From an uncultured Pseudomonadales bacterium (lineage in GTDB: Bacteria; Patescibacteriota; Microgenomatia; UBA1400; CAYXSR01), in contig CAYSEI010000004.1 of assembly GCA_964430265.1 (NCBI GenBank), positions 45,872-109,871 of the forward strand: a stretch of 64,000 bases of DNA, in the 5' to 3' direction. The notes below the pieces were generated by a model that ran no database searches, was not told where the DNA came from, and was given only the letters and a program-made list of their open reading frames with translations. Both the position numbers and the translations under genes were made by a program. This document shows positions 40,994 to 50,678 of the stretch, one piece after another (the first letter of the stretch is position 1; each line of letters starts with the position of its first letter).

Positions 40994-42632
40994 AAAAATA
41001 TTATTTGTTCTAATACTGTTTTTATCAATTATATTAAGGTTTGCAAATTTTCCCAATGTTCCTCCAAGCCCGGACTGGGATGAAGCGGCAATTGGCTGGA
41101 ATGCTTATTCTTTAATAGAGACAGGAAGAGACGAGTTTAATCAAAAATTTCCTCTTACATTTAGATCTTTTGATGATTATAAACCCCCCTTGTACTTTTA
41201 TTTAACAGTACCTGCCGTTAAAGTGTTTGGAATAAATATCTTTGCTGTACGTTTACCTTCGGCTGTTTTTGGGGTTATATCTGTTATAGGAACCTACCTT
41301 TTAGTAAAAAATTTGTTCAATAACAAAAATCTAGCTTTGTTGTCAATGTTTTTTATGGCAGTTTCGCCCTGGCACTTGCAGTTTTCAAGAATTGCTTTTG
41401 AAGCAAATGTAGCTTTAGCTTTTAAGATTTGGGCCACTTATTTGTTTTTAGTTTCTATGAGTAATAAAAAATCAGAGAAGTTTTTTAATAAAGGATTATT
41501 AATTGTTTTGTCAGCAATTTTATTTGGACTGGCTTTGTACACCTATCATAGTGCAAGGGTGTTTGTTCCAGTTTTAGTTCTATTATTAACTTTATTTAAC
41601 TGGAAAAAATTATTAAAAATACGTAAAAAAGTTTTAATCGGATTCTTAGTTGGTATGATTTTTGTTATACCCTTAGTAAGGATAATGACCAGCAAGCAAG
41701 GCCAGATGCGTTTAAAAGGGGTAAGTTCTTTTTCCAATACTGTTGAATTATTAAAAGAAGACAGCTTAAGAATTCAAGCTGACTTGGAAAATGGTTTTAG
41801 ATTGGGAAGATTAATCCACAACCGCAGAATAAGATATGTTTTAAGATTTATGGAAAGCTATTTTGCGCATTGGGATTTGAATTGGCTGTTTCTAAATACT
41901 GAAGGTGATGTACAGCGCCATCATGCACCAGATATGGGGTTGTTGTATTTATGGGAGCTTCCTTTTGTATTGATTGGTATTTATCAATTATTTTTCTCCA
42001 AAAAGAAAAGAGCAAAAAGAGATGTATTTGCATGGTTTTTAATTGCTCCTTTGGCTTCTTCAGTTTCTGCTGATGTGCCGCATGCTGTTAGAACCTTATG
42101 CTTTTTACCCACCTGGCATATATTTACCTCATTGGGTGTTTTAAAAACTTATGACTATTTAAAAGATAAAAACAAAATACTAAAAACAACGGCTTTCGTT
42201 TTTCTATCAAGTGCATTTGTTTTCAATTGCATATTTTATCTACACCAGTATCATGTGCATCAGCGGATTGAGTATTCAAAATATTGGCAATATGGGTATA
42301 AAGAATTGTACAAGGAGCTGAAAGAAATTGAAGATGAATATAGTCAGGTTCGCGTCTCCATAGAAGCAGAACAGCCTTACATGTTTTATCTTTTTTATGC
42401 TCAATACCCGCCCCAAAAATATCTAAAACAAGGAGGGACTCCTTCAGGCGGTTTTTGGGAGGAACACACAATTGGCAAATATCATTTTGTCAGGTTTAAC
42501 TGGAATGAGGAGTCTAAGAAGAATGATATAGTTTGGGCAGTGGTTGACAAGGAATTGCCTGCAAATGTTGATGTGATTAAAACTATTAATTTGTTAAATG
42601 GGGAACCATATTTACATATATTTAAATTATAA
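40983..42632 (+). CDS. GT-C membrane glycosyltransferase, array member 5
   Basis: WDEAAIGWNAYSLIETGRDE...FDDYKPP, VSPWHLQFSRIAFE, PHAVR. Start moved to ATG 40983. Confidence 0.8.
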   Translation: MKLKKILFVLILFLSIILRFANFPNVPPSPDWDEAAIGWNAYSLIETGRDEFNQKFPLTFRSFDDYKPPLYFYLTVPAVKVFGINIFAVRLPSAVFGVISVIGTYLLVKNLFNNKNLALLSMFFMAVSPWHLQFSRIAFEANVALAFKIWATYLFLVSMSNKKSEKFFNKGLLIVLSAILFGLALYTYHSARVFVPVLVLLLTLFNWKKLLKIRKKVLIGFLVGMIFVIPLVRIMTSKQGQMRLKGVSSFSNTVELLKEDSLRIQADLENGFRLGRLIHNRRIRYVLRFMESYFAHWDLNWLFLNTEGDVQRHHAPDMGLLYLWELPFVLIGIYQLFFSKKKRAKRDVFAWFLIAPLASSVSADVPHAVRTLCFLPTWHIFTSLGVLKTYDYLKDKNKILKTTAFVFLSSAFVFNCIFYLHQYHVHQRIEYSKYWQYGYKELYKELKEIEDEYSQVRVSIEAEQPYMFYLFYAQYPPQKYLKQGGTPSGGFWEEHTIGKYHFVRFNWNEESKKNDIVWAVVDKELPANVDVIKTINLLNGEPYLHIFKL

Positions 42633-42647
42633 TAGAGAAGAGGACAT

Positions 42648-43385
42648 ATGAAAAAAACTAAAGTTGTAGTTGTAATGCCTGCTTACAATGCAGAACAAAC
42701 TTTGGAAAAAACATATAAAGATATCCCCAAAAGAAAAGTTGATGAAATAATTCTTGTTGATGATAAATCAAATGACAATACTGTGAAAAAAGCAAAAGAG
42801 CTTAAAATTAAAACATTCAGCCACAAGAAAAACAAAGGATATGGCGGGAACCAGAAAACCTGCTATAAAAAAGCTTTAAAAGAAGGAGCAGACATTATTG
42901 TAATGCTGCATCCTGATTATCAGTACGATCCGAAATTAATAGGCGAAATGATTGAACCTATTAAAAAGAATAAGTACGACATAATTCTTGGTAATAGGAT
43001 TAGGTCCAGAAAAGAAGCTTTTGAAGGAGGAATGCCAAAAACAAAGTATTTTTTAAACAGAATGCTGACTTTTATTGAAAACGTTGTTTTGGGGACAAAC
43101 CTCCGTGAACACTTATCTGGATACAGAGCATACACAAAGGAAGTTTTAAAAACTTTGCCTTTAAAGAAAATGAGTGATGACTTTGTATTTGATCAGCAGT
43201 TTACTATTTCAGCAACATACTCAGGCTTTGATATTGGCCATATTGAAGTGCCGGTAAGATATTTTGATGAAGCATCTTCAATCCAGTTTATCCGGGGGAC
43301 AAAGTTTATGCTGCAGACTTTCTGGACATTATTTTTATTTACTCTAGCAAAAAATGGTATTTATAAAGCTAAAGTATTTAAATGA
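42648..43385 (+). CDS. GT2, DPM/DPG-synthase-like polyprenyl-phosphate glycosyltransferase
   Basis: MPAYN, LVDDKS, GYGGNQK, LHPDYQYDP, SGYRAY, FVFD. Confidence 0.85.
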   Translation: MKKTKVVVVMPAYNAEQTLEKTYKDIPKRKVDEIILVDDKSNDNTVKKAKELKIKTFSHKKNKGYGGNQKTCYKKALKEGADIIVMLHPDYQYDPKLIGEMIEPIKKNKYDIILGNRIRSRKEAFEGGMPKTKYFLNRMLTFIENVVLGTNLREHLSGYRAYTKEVLKTLPLKKMSDDFVFDQQFTISATYSGFDIGHIEVPVRYFDEASSIQFIRGTKFMLQTFWTLFLFTLAKNGIYKAKVFK

Positions 43386-44161
43386 GCAAAATATCTGCAA
43401 TCATATTATTCGGTAACCGTGAAAATGAAATAGAAAAATGCTTGAAAAGCATTAAATGGGTGGATGAAATTATTGGGGTAAATATTGGATCCAATGACAG
43501 GACACAAGAGCTGATTAAAAAGTTTCGCAAGGATGCAAGGATAGTTAAAGGAGGGGAAGGCTTTTTTTCTAAATGGAGAAACATTGGGGCAAATAAAGCA
43601 AAAAGCGACTGGCTTTTTTACATTGACACTGACGAAAGTGTGACCGACAAGTTGAGAAAAGAGATTTTAAAAAAAATCAAAGTTGAAAAATATTCAGCTT
43701 TTCAGATACCTAGGAAAAACTTCTTTTTAGGCAAGGAATTCAAATCTGAATGGCCCGATTATGTAACCCGGTTAATAAAAAAAGATAAATTAAAAAAATG
43801 GGAAGGTTCCATTCATGAACAGCCAATAATTGAGGGTAAGATAGGAAGGCTGAAAAATCCTTTGATTCACGTAACCCACCGTAATTTAGGCCAGATGCTT
43901 GAAAAAACAATTAAATGGTCCTGGCTGGAGGCTGAAAACCGCTATAAAGCAGGTCATCCGCCTATGAAGGTCTGGCGCTTTTTCCGGGTGATGTTTACAG
44001 AATTTATTAATCAATTTTTTAAAAAGAAAAGATATATTGATGGTGTTGAGGGCTGGATTGAAGGAATTTATCAGATGTTTTCTGTTTTTATAACCTACGT
44101 TCGTTTATGGCAGCTGCAGAATAAAAAAGGGTTGACTAAAGAGGAGGAAAAATATTTATGA
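43382..44161 (+). CDS. GT2, beta-1,4-glucosyltransferase-like (LgtF/WaaE type)
   Basis: WVDEII, RNIGA, WLFYIDTDE, PRKNFFLG, WPDY, IHE. Confidence 0.8.
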   Translation: MSKISAIILFGNRENEIEKCLKSIKWVDEIIGVNIGSNDRTQELIKKFRKDARIVKGGEGFFSKWRNIGANKAKSDWLFYIDTDESVTDKLRKEILKKIKVEKYSAFQIPRKNFFLGKEFKSEWPDYVTRLIKKDKLKKWEGSIHEQPIIEGKIGRLKNPLIHVTHRNLGQMLEKTIKWSWLEAENRYKAGHPPMKVWRFFRVMFTEFINQFFKKKRYIDGVEGWIEGIYQMFSVFITYVRLWQLQNKKGLTKEEEKYL

Positions 44162-44937
44162 GCAGTCTATCAGTTTGCTGGGCAGTGCACAATGAAGAGG
44201 AAAATATTAAAAAATCAATGGAGTCTGTTAAGGATATAGCAGATGAGATTGTTATTGTTGATGGAGCCTCTACAGACTCAACAATAGGCAAAATTGAAGA
44301 ATTTAAAAAAGAGAATCCGCGCATTGAGTATAAAATAATAGTTACCAGTAACAAGGAAATGTTTCATATTAATAAGCAAATGGCTGTAGACAATTGTTCT
44401 AAGGAATGGATTCTGCAGCTGGATGCAGACGAAGAAGTTTCTGATAAGCTGGGGAAGGAAATAATTAACAGGATCAAGCAAAAACAAACTAAAGCAGGCT
44501 ATTATCTGCCCAGAAAAAATTACTTTTTAGGCAGATTTTTAAAAAAAGGCGGTGCTTATCCTGATTATGTAATCAGGCTTTTCCAAAACGGCAAAGGAAA
44601 ATTTCCCTGTGAAACTGTTCACGAACAAATTGAAATTGATGGAGAAGTAGGTTACTTAGAAAATGATTTGCTTCACTGGGCAGACCCGAACTTTAAACGC
44701 TATTGGAAGCGCTTTCAAAGGTATACAAAAGAGACTGCATATAAACTAAGTAAAAAAGGTGTAAAACAAAACCCGCTGTATTTTTTCATATACGTAATTT
44801 ATATGCCTTTGAAGACTTTTCTATCAATTTATATCCGTCACAAGGGTTTTATGGACGGATGGCAGGGATTTGTCTGGGCGTTTTTTTCCGGACTGCACTG
44901 GAGCGCGGCCTATATAAAATTATTAGAAAATGCATAA
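44158..44937 (+). CDS. GT2, beta-1,4-glucosyltransferase-like, tandem paralog
   Basis: HNEE, DEIVIVDGASTD, WILQLDADE, PRKNYFLG, YPDY, VHE, GFMDG. Confidence 0.85.
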   Translation: MSSLSVCWAVHNEEENIKKSMESVKDIADEIVIVDGASTDSTIGKIEEFKKENPRIEYKIIVTSNKEMFHINKQMAVDNCSKEWILQLDADEEVSDKLGKEIINRIKQKQTKAGYYLPRKNYFLGRFLKKGGAYPDYVIRLFQNGKGKFPCETVHEQIEIDGEVGYLENDLLHWADPNFKRYWKRFQRYTKETAYKLSKKGVKQNPLYFFIYVIYMPLKTFLSIYIRHKGFMDGWQGFVWAFFSGLHWSAAYIKLLENA

Positions 44938-44942
44938 CACAT

Positions 44943-46391
44943 TTAATTAATAAATTTTTTTGCTTTAAGAACAAGATATTCACCTTCAGGTTTTCCATCT
45001 GTTAAATCTTGGAAATATACTTTCATGTTATTATTGGGAAATAGATAATTAAACCCCTTTTCTTCAAACATTGCGAGAGCAATCTGCTTTGATTCTCCTC
45101 TCCAGTGAGGATTAACAAATTCTGAATTTACAAAATATATTTTATTGTTATTCAATTCTGAATAATTGCTTTTAAAATATGTATAGATATTTTTGCTGAT
45201 TTTTCCGCGTTTAAATATCCAGTGGTGCTGGTAATTAAAAGAGTTTGTGACGAAAAAGAGGGAAATATAAACAAAAAGGAATAAAATACTTTTAAAATTA
45301 AATTTTAAGAGTAAAAGACCTAAAAATAAAGACATAAAAAAATGGGGGAGGGTGAGGGAATAAGCAAATTTATGCCAGGGGAGAGTGAGTACCGGAGAAA
45401 GAAAAACAATGTATCCAAAAATAGCAAAAATTATTAATCTTACATTATTTTTTTTAAAGTATTCTTTTCTATTTTTTAAAATATTAAAAATAAATAAGAC
45501 AAACATCAATATTAAACTAATAGCTGTTGTGTAAGTTAAAAATCTGAATTCATTTAGCAAGCGAGGATTAATTCTTATACCCGGCCCGATAAAGTCCACA
45601 AAGCTTTCTGCTACGTTTAATGACCATAAACTATACCAAAAGGTGTTGTTTAAGAGCTTAGACAAGCTTAGAGAGACTTGGTATACATATCCACCCGGTG
45701 TTCCCATAACAATTATTCTTAAATAAAGATAAGTTATTAAAAGAATAAAAGATAAAAGAAAATATAAATAAATATCCTTTGAGTATTTTTTCTTTTTTTG
45801 CTTAAAAAAGAAAAACAGTATTAAAAGCAAAAAAGGTATAATAATTGCGGTTTCTTTGCTTAAAAAAGATAAAATTAAAGCAATAAAGCTGATAATTAAG
45901 TTAATATTTTTCTCTTTTTTCAGATATTGTATAAAAAACCAGATTGAAGACATAGCAAAAAAAGCAAGCATGTTTTCCTGGATCTGTGTAATCCAAGCAA
46001 CGCGTAAAATGTGGTGTGAAGAAAAAGTATAGATTAAAGTTGCCAGGATTGAAACGGATTTTCTTCTGGTTAACAGACTGATTATATGATAGCATAAGTA
46101 TATTGATCCCAGATAAAAAGCAAAAGAGGTTAGGTGATAGAAATATGCATGAGTTGATAATATTTTGTTAGCTAAAAAATAAAAGCTTTGTAAAGGTAGT
46201 GGGCGGTAAAAAGGCAGCTCTTTGTTTTTAAAAGTAAAAAAATTGGCAAACTGTTTTAAGTTTTTTGCCTGCGAAATGGAAAAATTATAAAAGTCATCAC
46301 TTAAAAAGAAATTTGACAAGGCCGGCTGAAAAAGAAGAAATAAAAATAAAACAAAGAATATTAAAAATACCTTTTTTGAACTTATAAACAT
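44943..46391 (-). CDS. GT-C-like membrane glycosyltransferase, inverted relative to the locus
   Basis: FLSDDF, FYRPL, LSKET motifs; polytopic. Confidence 0.68.
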   Translation of the reverse strand: MFISSKKVFLIFFVLFLFLLFQPALSNFFLSDDFYNFSISQAKNLKQFANFFTFKNKELPFYRPLPLQSFYFLANKILSTHAYFYHLTSFAFYLGSIYLCYHIISLLTRRKSVSILATLIYTFSSHHILRVAWITQIQENMLAFFAMSSIWFFIQYLKKEKNINLIISFIALILSFLSKETAIIIPFLLLILFFFFKQKKKKYSKDIYLYFLLSFILLITYLYLRIIVMGTPGGYVYQVSLSLSKLLNNTFWYSLWSLNVAESFVDFIGPGIRINPRLLNEFRFLTYTTAISLILMFVLFIFNILKNRKEYFKKNNVRLIIFAIFGYIVFLSPVLTLPWHKFAYSLTLPHFFMSLFLGLLLLKFNFKSILFLFVYISLFFVTNSFNYQHHWIFKRGKISKNIYTYFKSNYSELNNNKIYFVNSEFVNPHWRGESKQIALAMFEEKGFNYLFPNNNMKVYFQDLTDGKPEGEYLVLKAKKFIN

Positions 46392-46418
46392 TATTTATAT
46401 ATAATAACAAATAATTTA

Positions 46419-47462
46419 ATGAAAATTGCAGTATCTTTTAAAAACCACAAAAACGAAGCTAAAAGAGGCATAGATTTTTATACTGATAAAATAGTGGAAG
46501 GAATTAAATCAAGGGAAAAAATTGAACTGGTTAAAGAAGATGCAGCAGATTTAATTCACTTGACCAGTGCAGATTTTTTTAACAACCCCAGATTTGATCT
46601 GCTGAATAAAAAATATATTTACACAATTCACGACTTAATTCCGATTAAGTTCTCCGAGCATTTTCCTAAAGGAATAAAAGGAAGCACAAAATGGATGTTT
46701 AACCGGATTATTATGAAAAAAGCAAAATTTATGATAACCGATTCCGTAAGCTCAAAAAACGATATTGTAAAGATTATTAAATATCCTGAAGAAAAGATTA
46801 CAGTTATTCCATTAGCTCCAAGAGAAAATTTTAAATTAATGACAAAAGAAGAAAAGGAAAAGTTTTCCTCTGTCAAGGAAAAATATAATATTGCTGATGA
46901 TTTTGTATTATATGTGGGTGACGTAAACTGGAATAAAAACTTGCCTGGACTAGCAAAAGCATGTATTGAACTTGAATATCCGCTAGTTGTTGTTGGATCT
47001 AAAGCAGATAAAGAAAAATTCAATTCCAAACATCCAGAAAACAAGCCGCTTAAGGAATTCAAACAAATCCAAAAGAAAAACCCTGAATTAATCATTACAA
47101 CAGGATTTATACCTGAACGCTATTTAGTTTATATATACAATATTGCCAGACTATACTGCCAGCCGTCATATTATGAAGGATTTGGATTACCTGTTCTTGA
47201 AGCAATGGCATGCGGATGTCCGGTTTTATCTTCAAATCAGGGAAGTCTGCCTGAAGTAGGCAATAAAGCAGCAGTATATTTTAATCCCTATTATAAAGAA
47301 GAAATCAAAAGAAAACTTAAAAAATTTTGGAAATTAAAAGATAATCAGGTAAAATATCAAGAGTTAAGCAAAAATTGTCTGCAAAATGCAGACCAATATT
47401 CTTGGGAACAAACATTGGAAAAGACATTTAATGTTTATAGAAAGGCACTAAATGAAAATTGA
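46419..47462 (+). CDS. GT4 glycosyltransferase (MtfB-like)
   Basis: TIHDLIP, YVG...KN, PSYYEGFGLPVLEAMACGCPV, SLPEV. Confidence 0.9.
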   Translation: MKIAVSFKNHKNEAKRGIDFYTDKIVEGIKSREKIELVKEDAADLIHLTSADFFNNPRFDLLNKKYIYTIHDLIPIKFSEHFPKGIKGSTKWMFNRIIMKKAKFMITDSVSSKNDIVKIIKYPEEKITVIPLAPRENFKLMTKEEKEKFSSVKEKYNIADDFVLYVGDVNWNKNLPGLAKACIELEYPLVVVGSKADKEKFNSKHPENKPLKEFKQIQKKNPELIITTGFIPERYLVYIYNIARLYCQPSYYEGFGLPVLEAMACGCPVLSSNQGSLPEVGNKAAVYFNPYYKEEIKRKLKKFWKLKDNQVKYQELSKNCLQNADQYSWEQTLEKTFNVYRKALNEN

Positions 47463-49068
47463 TAAACATAAAATCCTTTTGATTTTTATTATTTTAATAG
47501 CGGTTTTTTTCCGTTTTTATAATTTAAAAGATAATTTTAATTTTACTTATGATGCAGGCCGGGACCATATCCGCATAAACAACATATATGAAAATAAAGA
47601 TATAAAAATTGTTGGAACAGAAACTGATATTCCAGGTGTTTTTAGCGGTGCTTTTTATTATTATATGCTTATTCCTGGTCAAATAATTACTAAGGGAAAC
47701 CCGAATGCATCTATTTATCTTTTAGCATTTATAAATTTATTAGCTGTCCCCTTTATATATTTAATAACTAAAGAGTTATTTGATAATAAAACTACAGCCT
47801 TGATCGCTTCTTTTATTTCTGCAGTTTCATATTTTTTAGTCAACTATTCCCGTTTTCTTTCCAATGCTTCGCCCTTGCCTTTATCTATTGCTGTTTTCTT
47901 TTATGGTTTGCTTTTATGGAAGAAAGGCAAAAAAAACGGTTTTCCCTTAGCAATGCTGGGGCTTGGATTATCTACGCAATTTGACTATTTATATATTTAC
48001 TTATTTGTATACCTGCTGATAATCAAACTTTTATATAATCCTAAATTAAATAAAAAAGAACTTTTAAAGGGTTTTGTTGCAGGTTTAATAACTTTTAGCA
48101 CTTATATAATCGCAGAAATTAAATTTAAGTTTTTAGGAACAAGAGAACTGATAAGTTTTATTGCTGAGGGAGTAAATGAAGTTTCAGCTCAAGCAGCAAT
48201 TGATAAATATATTAATAAAATTGTAAGAATTACGGGGTATAACTTTTTCCATTTTAATTTTTTCCTTTCTTTATTAATTTTTGTTTTTATGATTTATTTT
48301 TCTTTTACAAGAACCAAGAAGAAAAAATATATAGAAAACCTTGAATTTGTTTTGTTGTGGTTTTTTTCATCTCTTTTAGTTCTTGGATTTAATACTGGAG
48401 GAGTAAATCTGCCGTTGATTATTAATAGCGGAATAATTTTTCCAGCAATTATTTTAGTTGCCTATTTTGGGCAAAAAGTTTATGCCAAAAATAAATTATT
48501 ATTTGCTTTAATGATTGTTATGATTTTCACAAGCAATCTTATTCTATATTTTGAAAGCAACTGGGTACCTTCAGATCTGAATAATCCCGGAAATAAAATG
48601 CTTTTGAAATATCAAAAACAAGCGCTTGATTATATGTATCAAGAAGCAGATGGAAAGGACTTTGCTTTTTGTGGGCTTACTCAGCCTCTTTTTATCAACT
48701 CGACATGGGCACACTTATTTGAATGGTATGGCAAAAGCAAATATGGATATCTTCCATACTGGTCTGGCCCAAAGCAAAATCCGCAATTTGGAGCATCTGA
48801 TATTCAAAAAGAAGAAGAGTTCAAGGAAACAAGATTTATTATCTATGAACCACCCTATGGGTTAAAAGAGGAAATGTATACTCATACGAGGATTGTTGCT
48901 GACAGAACTACAGAGGTTGTTGAAAAAAAGAACTTTGGTGCAATTGAAGTGGAAAAAAGACGAATCTTAAAAGGAGAGGAAAGAGAACAAGCGGAAAAAG
49001 AATTTCAATTAAAAAGCAAACAATACAAAGATGTTCTAGATAGTGATATTCGCTACAATTGCTTATGA
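47452..49068 (+). CDS. GT-C membrane glycosyltransferase (DxGRD subfamily), tandem duplicate A
   Basis: FRF...YDAGRDH...YYY, YSRFLSN; collinear with the next gene. Confidence 0.78.
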   Translation: MKIDKHKILLIFIILIAVFFRFYNLKDNFNFTYDAGRDHIRINNIYENKDIKIVGTETDIPGVFSGAFYYYMLIPGQIITKGNPNASIYLLAFINLLAVPFIYLITKELFDNKTTALIASFISAVSYFLVNYSRFLSNASPLPLSIAVFFYGLLLWKKGKKNGFPLAMLGLGLSTQFDYLYIYLFVYLLIIKLLYNPKLNKKELLKGFVAGLITFSTYIIAEIKFKFLGTRELISFIAEGVNEVSAQAAIDKYINKIVRITGYNFFHFNFFLSLLIFVFMIYFSFTRTKKKKYIENLEFVLLWFFSSLLVLGFNTGGVNLPLIINSGIIFPAIILVAYFGQKVYAKNKLLFALMIVMIFTSNLILYFESNWVPSDLNNPGNKMLLKYQKQALDYMYQEADGKDFAFCGLTQPLFINSTWAHLFEWYGKSKYGYLPYWSGPKQNPQFGASDIQKEEEFKETRFIIYEPPYGLKEEMYTHTRIVADRTTEVVEKKNFGAIEVEKRRILKGEEREQAEKEFQLKSKQYKDVLDSDIRYNCL

Positions 49069-50678
49069 ATAAAAAAACAAAAAATATATTACTAATAATT
49101 ATTTTAATAATTGCAGTATTTTTCCGTTTTTATAACCTCGAGGATAATTTTAATTTTTCTTATGACCAGGGAAGAGATCATTTAAGGGTAAATAACATGA
49201 TTGATAACTTAGAGGTAAAAATTGTTGGAACGGAGACAGATATTCCAGGAATTTTTAGCGGGTCTTTATATTACTACATGTTGATCCCCGGGCAAATAAT
49301 CAGTAATGGCAGTCCCAATGCTTCAATATATTTATTAGCCTTTTTGAACTTATTGAGCATTCCTTTAGTTTATTTAATAACCAAGGAGTTGTTTAAAAGT
49401 AAGATAACGGCTTTAATTGCTTGTTTTATTGCTACTTTTTCATATTTCCTGGTGAACTATTCACGTTACCTTTCAAATGCTTCTCTTTTACCTTTAACAA
49501 CTGCAATTTTCTTTTATGGTTTGCTTTTGTGGATAAAAGAAAAGAAAAACGGTTTTCCGCTTGCTATTTTAGGATGGGGATTGTCAACGCAAGCTGATTT
49601 TTTCTATATCTATCTTTTTGTATTTATACTTTTAATTAAGGTAATGTATAATCCCAGAATAAAAAAGAAAGAACTTTTAAAAGGATTTATTGCGGGTTTA
49701 ATTACTTTTAGCACATTTATTGTAGCAGAAATTAAATTTAAATTTTTGGGAATAAAAGAGCTAACAAAATATATTAGTCAGTCATCAACTCAAGTTAGCG
49801 TAGCTTCTGCAATAGATAAGTTTATAAATAAAATGGGGGTAGTGACAACTCATTCCTTTTTTAAGTTTAATCTTTTTTTGTCCTTATTAATTTTAGGATT
49901 TATGATTTATTTTTCTTTTACAAGAACAAAAGATAAGAAAAATATAAGAAGTCTTGAGTTTGTTATGTTTTGGCTTTTATCTTCAAGCTTACTTTTTGGT
50001 TTTGATACTGGTGCGGTTAACGTAGCAATAATTATTAATGGAGCACTGGCCTTTCCAATCATAATATTGTTAGCTTTTTTTGCTAAAAAAGTTTATGAAA
50101 AGAATAAATTCTTATTTATAACAATGATACTATTAGTTTTTATCAGCAATTTAAGCTTGTATTTTGAAAGCAATTGGGTGCCCAATGAATTGTCTTATCC
50201 GGGAAATCACTTTCTTTTAAAATATGAAAAGCAAGTTTTGGATTATATGTATAAAGAAGCTGATAATCAGGAGTTTTCTTTTTGTGCAGTTACTCAGCCT
50301 GCATTTATAAATTCTACCTGGGCATATTTGTTTGAATGGTATGGTGAAAATAAGTATGGGTATTTGCCGTATTGGTCAGGAACTGAACAAAATCCACAGT
50401 TTAGCGATACAGAAATTCAAAAAGAAGGAGAATTTAAAGAAACCAGGTTTATAATTTATGAACCACACATAAGTAAAGATAGTGAGTTATATGTTTCCAC
50501 AAAATTATTTGCAGATAGAACTACAGAGTTGATTGAAAGTAAACAAATTAATGAATTTATTATTGAAAAAAGAAGAATCTTGAAAGGTGAAGAAAGAGAA
50601 AAAGCGGAAAAAGTATTTAAGAAAAAAATTAAACAAAACCAGAATTTTATTTATGATCACAGATATAACTGCTTATGA
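49065..50678 (+). CDS. GT-C membrane glycosyltransferase (DxGRD subfamily), tandem duplicate B
   Basis: FRF...YDQGRDH; both copies end RYNCL. Start moved to ATG 49065. Confidence 0.78.
   Translation: MNKKTKNILLIIILIIAVFFRFYNLEDNFNFSYDQGRDHLRVNNMIDNLEVKIVGTETDIPGIFSGSLYYYMLIPGQIISNGSPNASIYLLAFLNLLSIPLVYLITKELFKSKITALIACFIATFSYFLVNYSRYLSNASLLPLTTAIFFYGLLLWIKEKKNGFPLAILGWGLSTQADFFYIYLFVFILLIKVMYNPRIKKKELLKGFIAGLITFSTFIVAEIKFKFLGIKELTKYISQSSTQVSVASAIDKFINKMGVVTTHSFFKFNLFLSLLILGFMIYFSFTRTKDKKNIRSLEFVMFWLLSSSLLFGFDTGAVNVAIIINGALAFPIIILLAFFAKKVYEKNKFLFITMILLVFISNLSLYFESNWVPNELSYPGNHFLLKYEKQVLDYMYKEADNQEFSFCAVTQPAFINSTWAYLFEWYGENKYGYLPYWSGTEQNPQFSDTEIQKEGEFKETRFIIYEPHISKDSELYVSTKLFADRTTELIESKQINEFIIEKRRILKGEEREKAEKVFKKKIKQNQNFIYDHRYNCL

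Noticed and set aside
43382-44937. LPS core synthesis implied by LgtF/WaaE-like GT2s
   Set aside because: No lipid A, Kdo or heptose genes are in the window; the family is widespread outside LPS pathways.
27979-46391. Invertible (shufflon-like) segments explaining the two inverted GT-C genes
   Set aside because: No flanking inverted repeats or recombinase seen.
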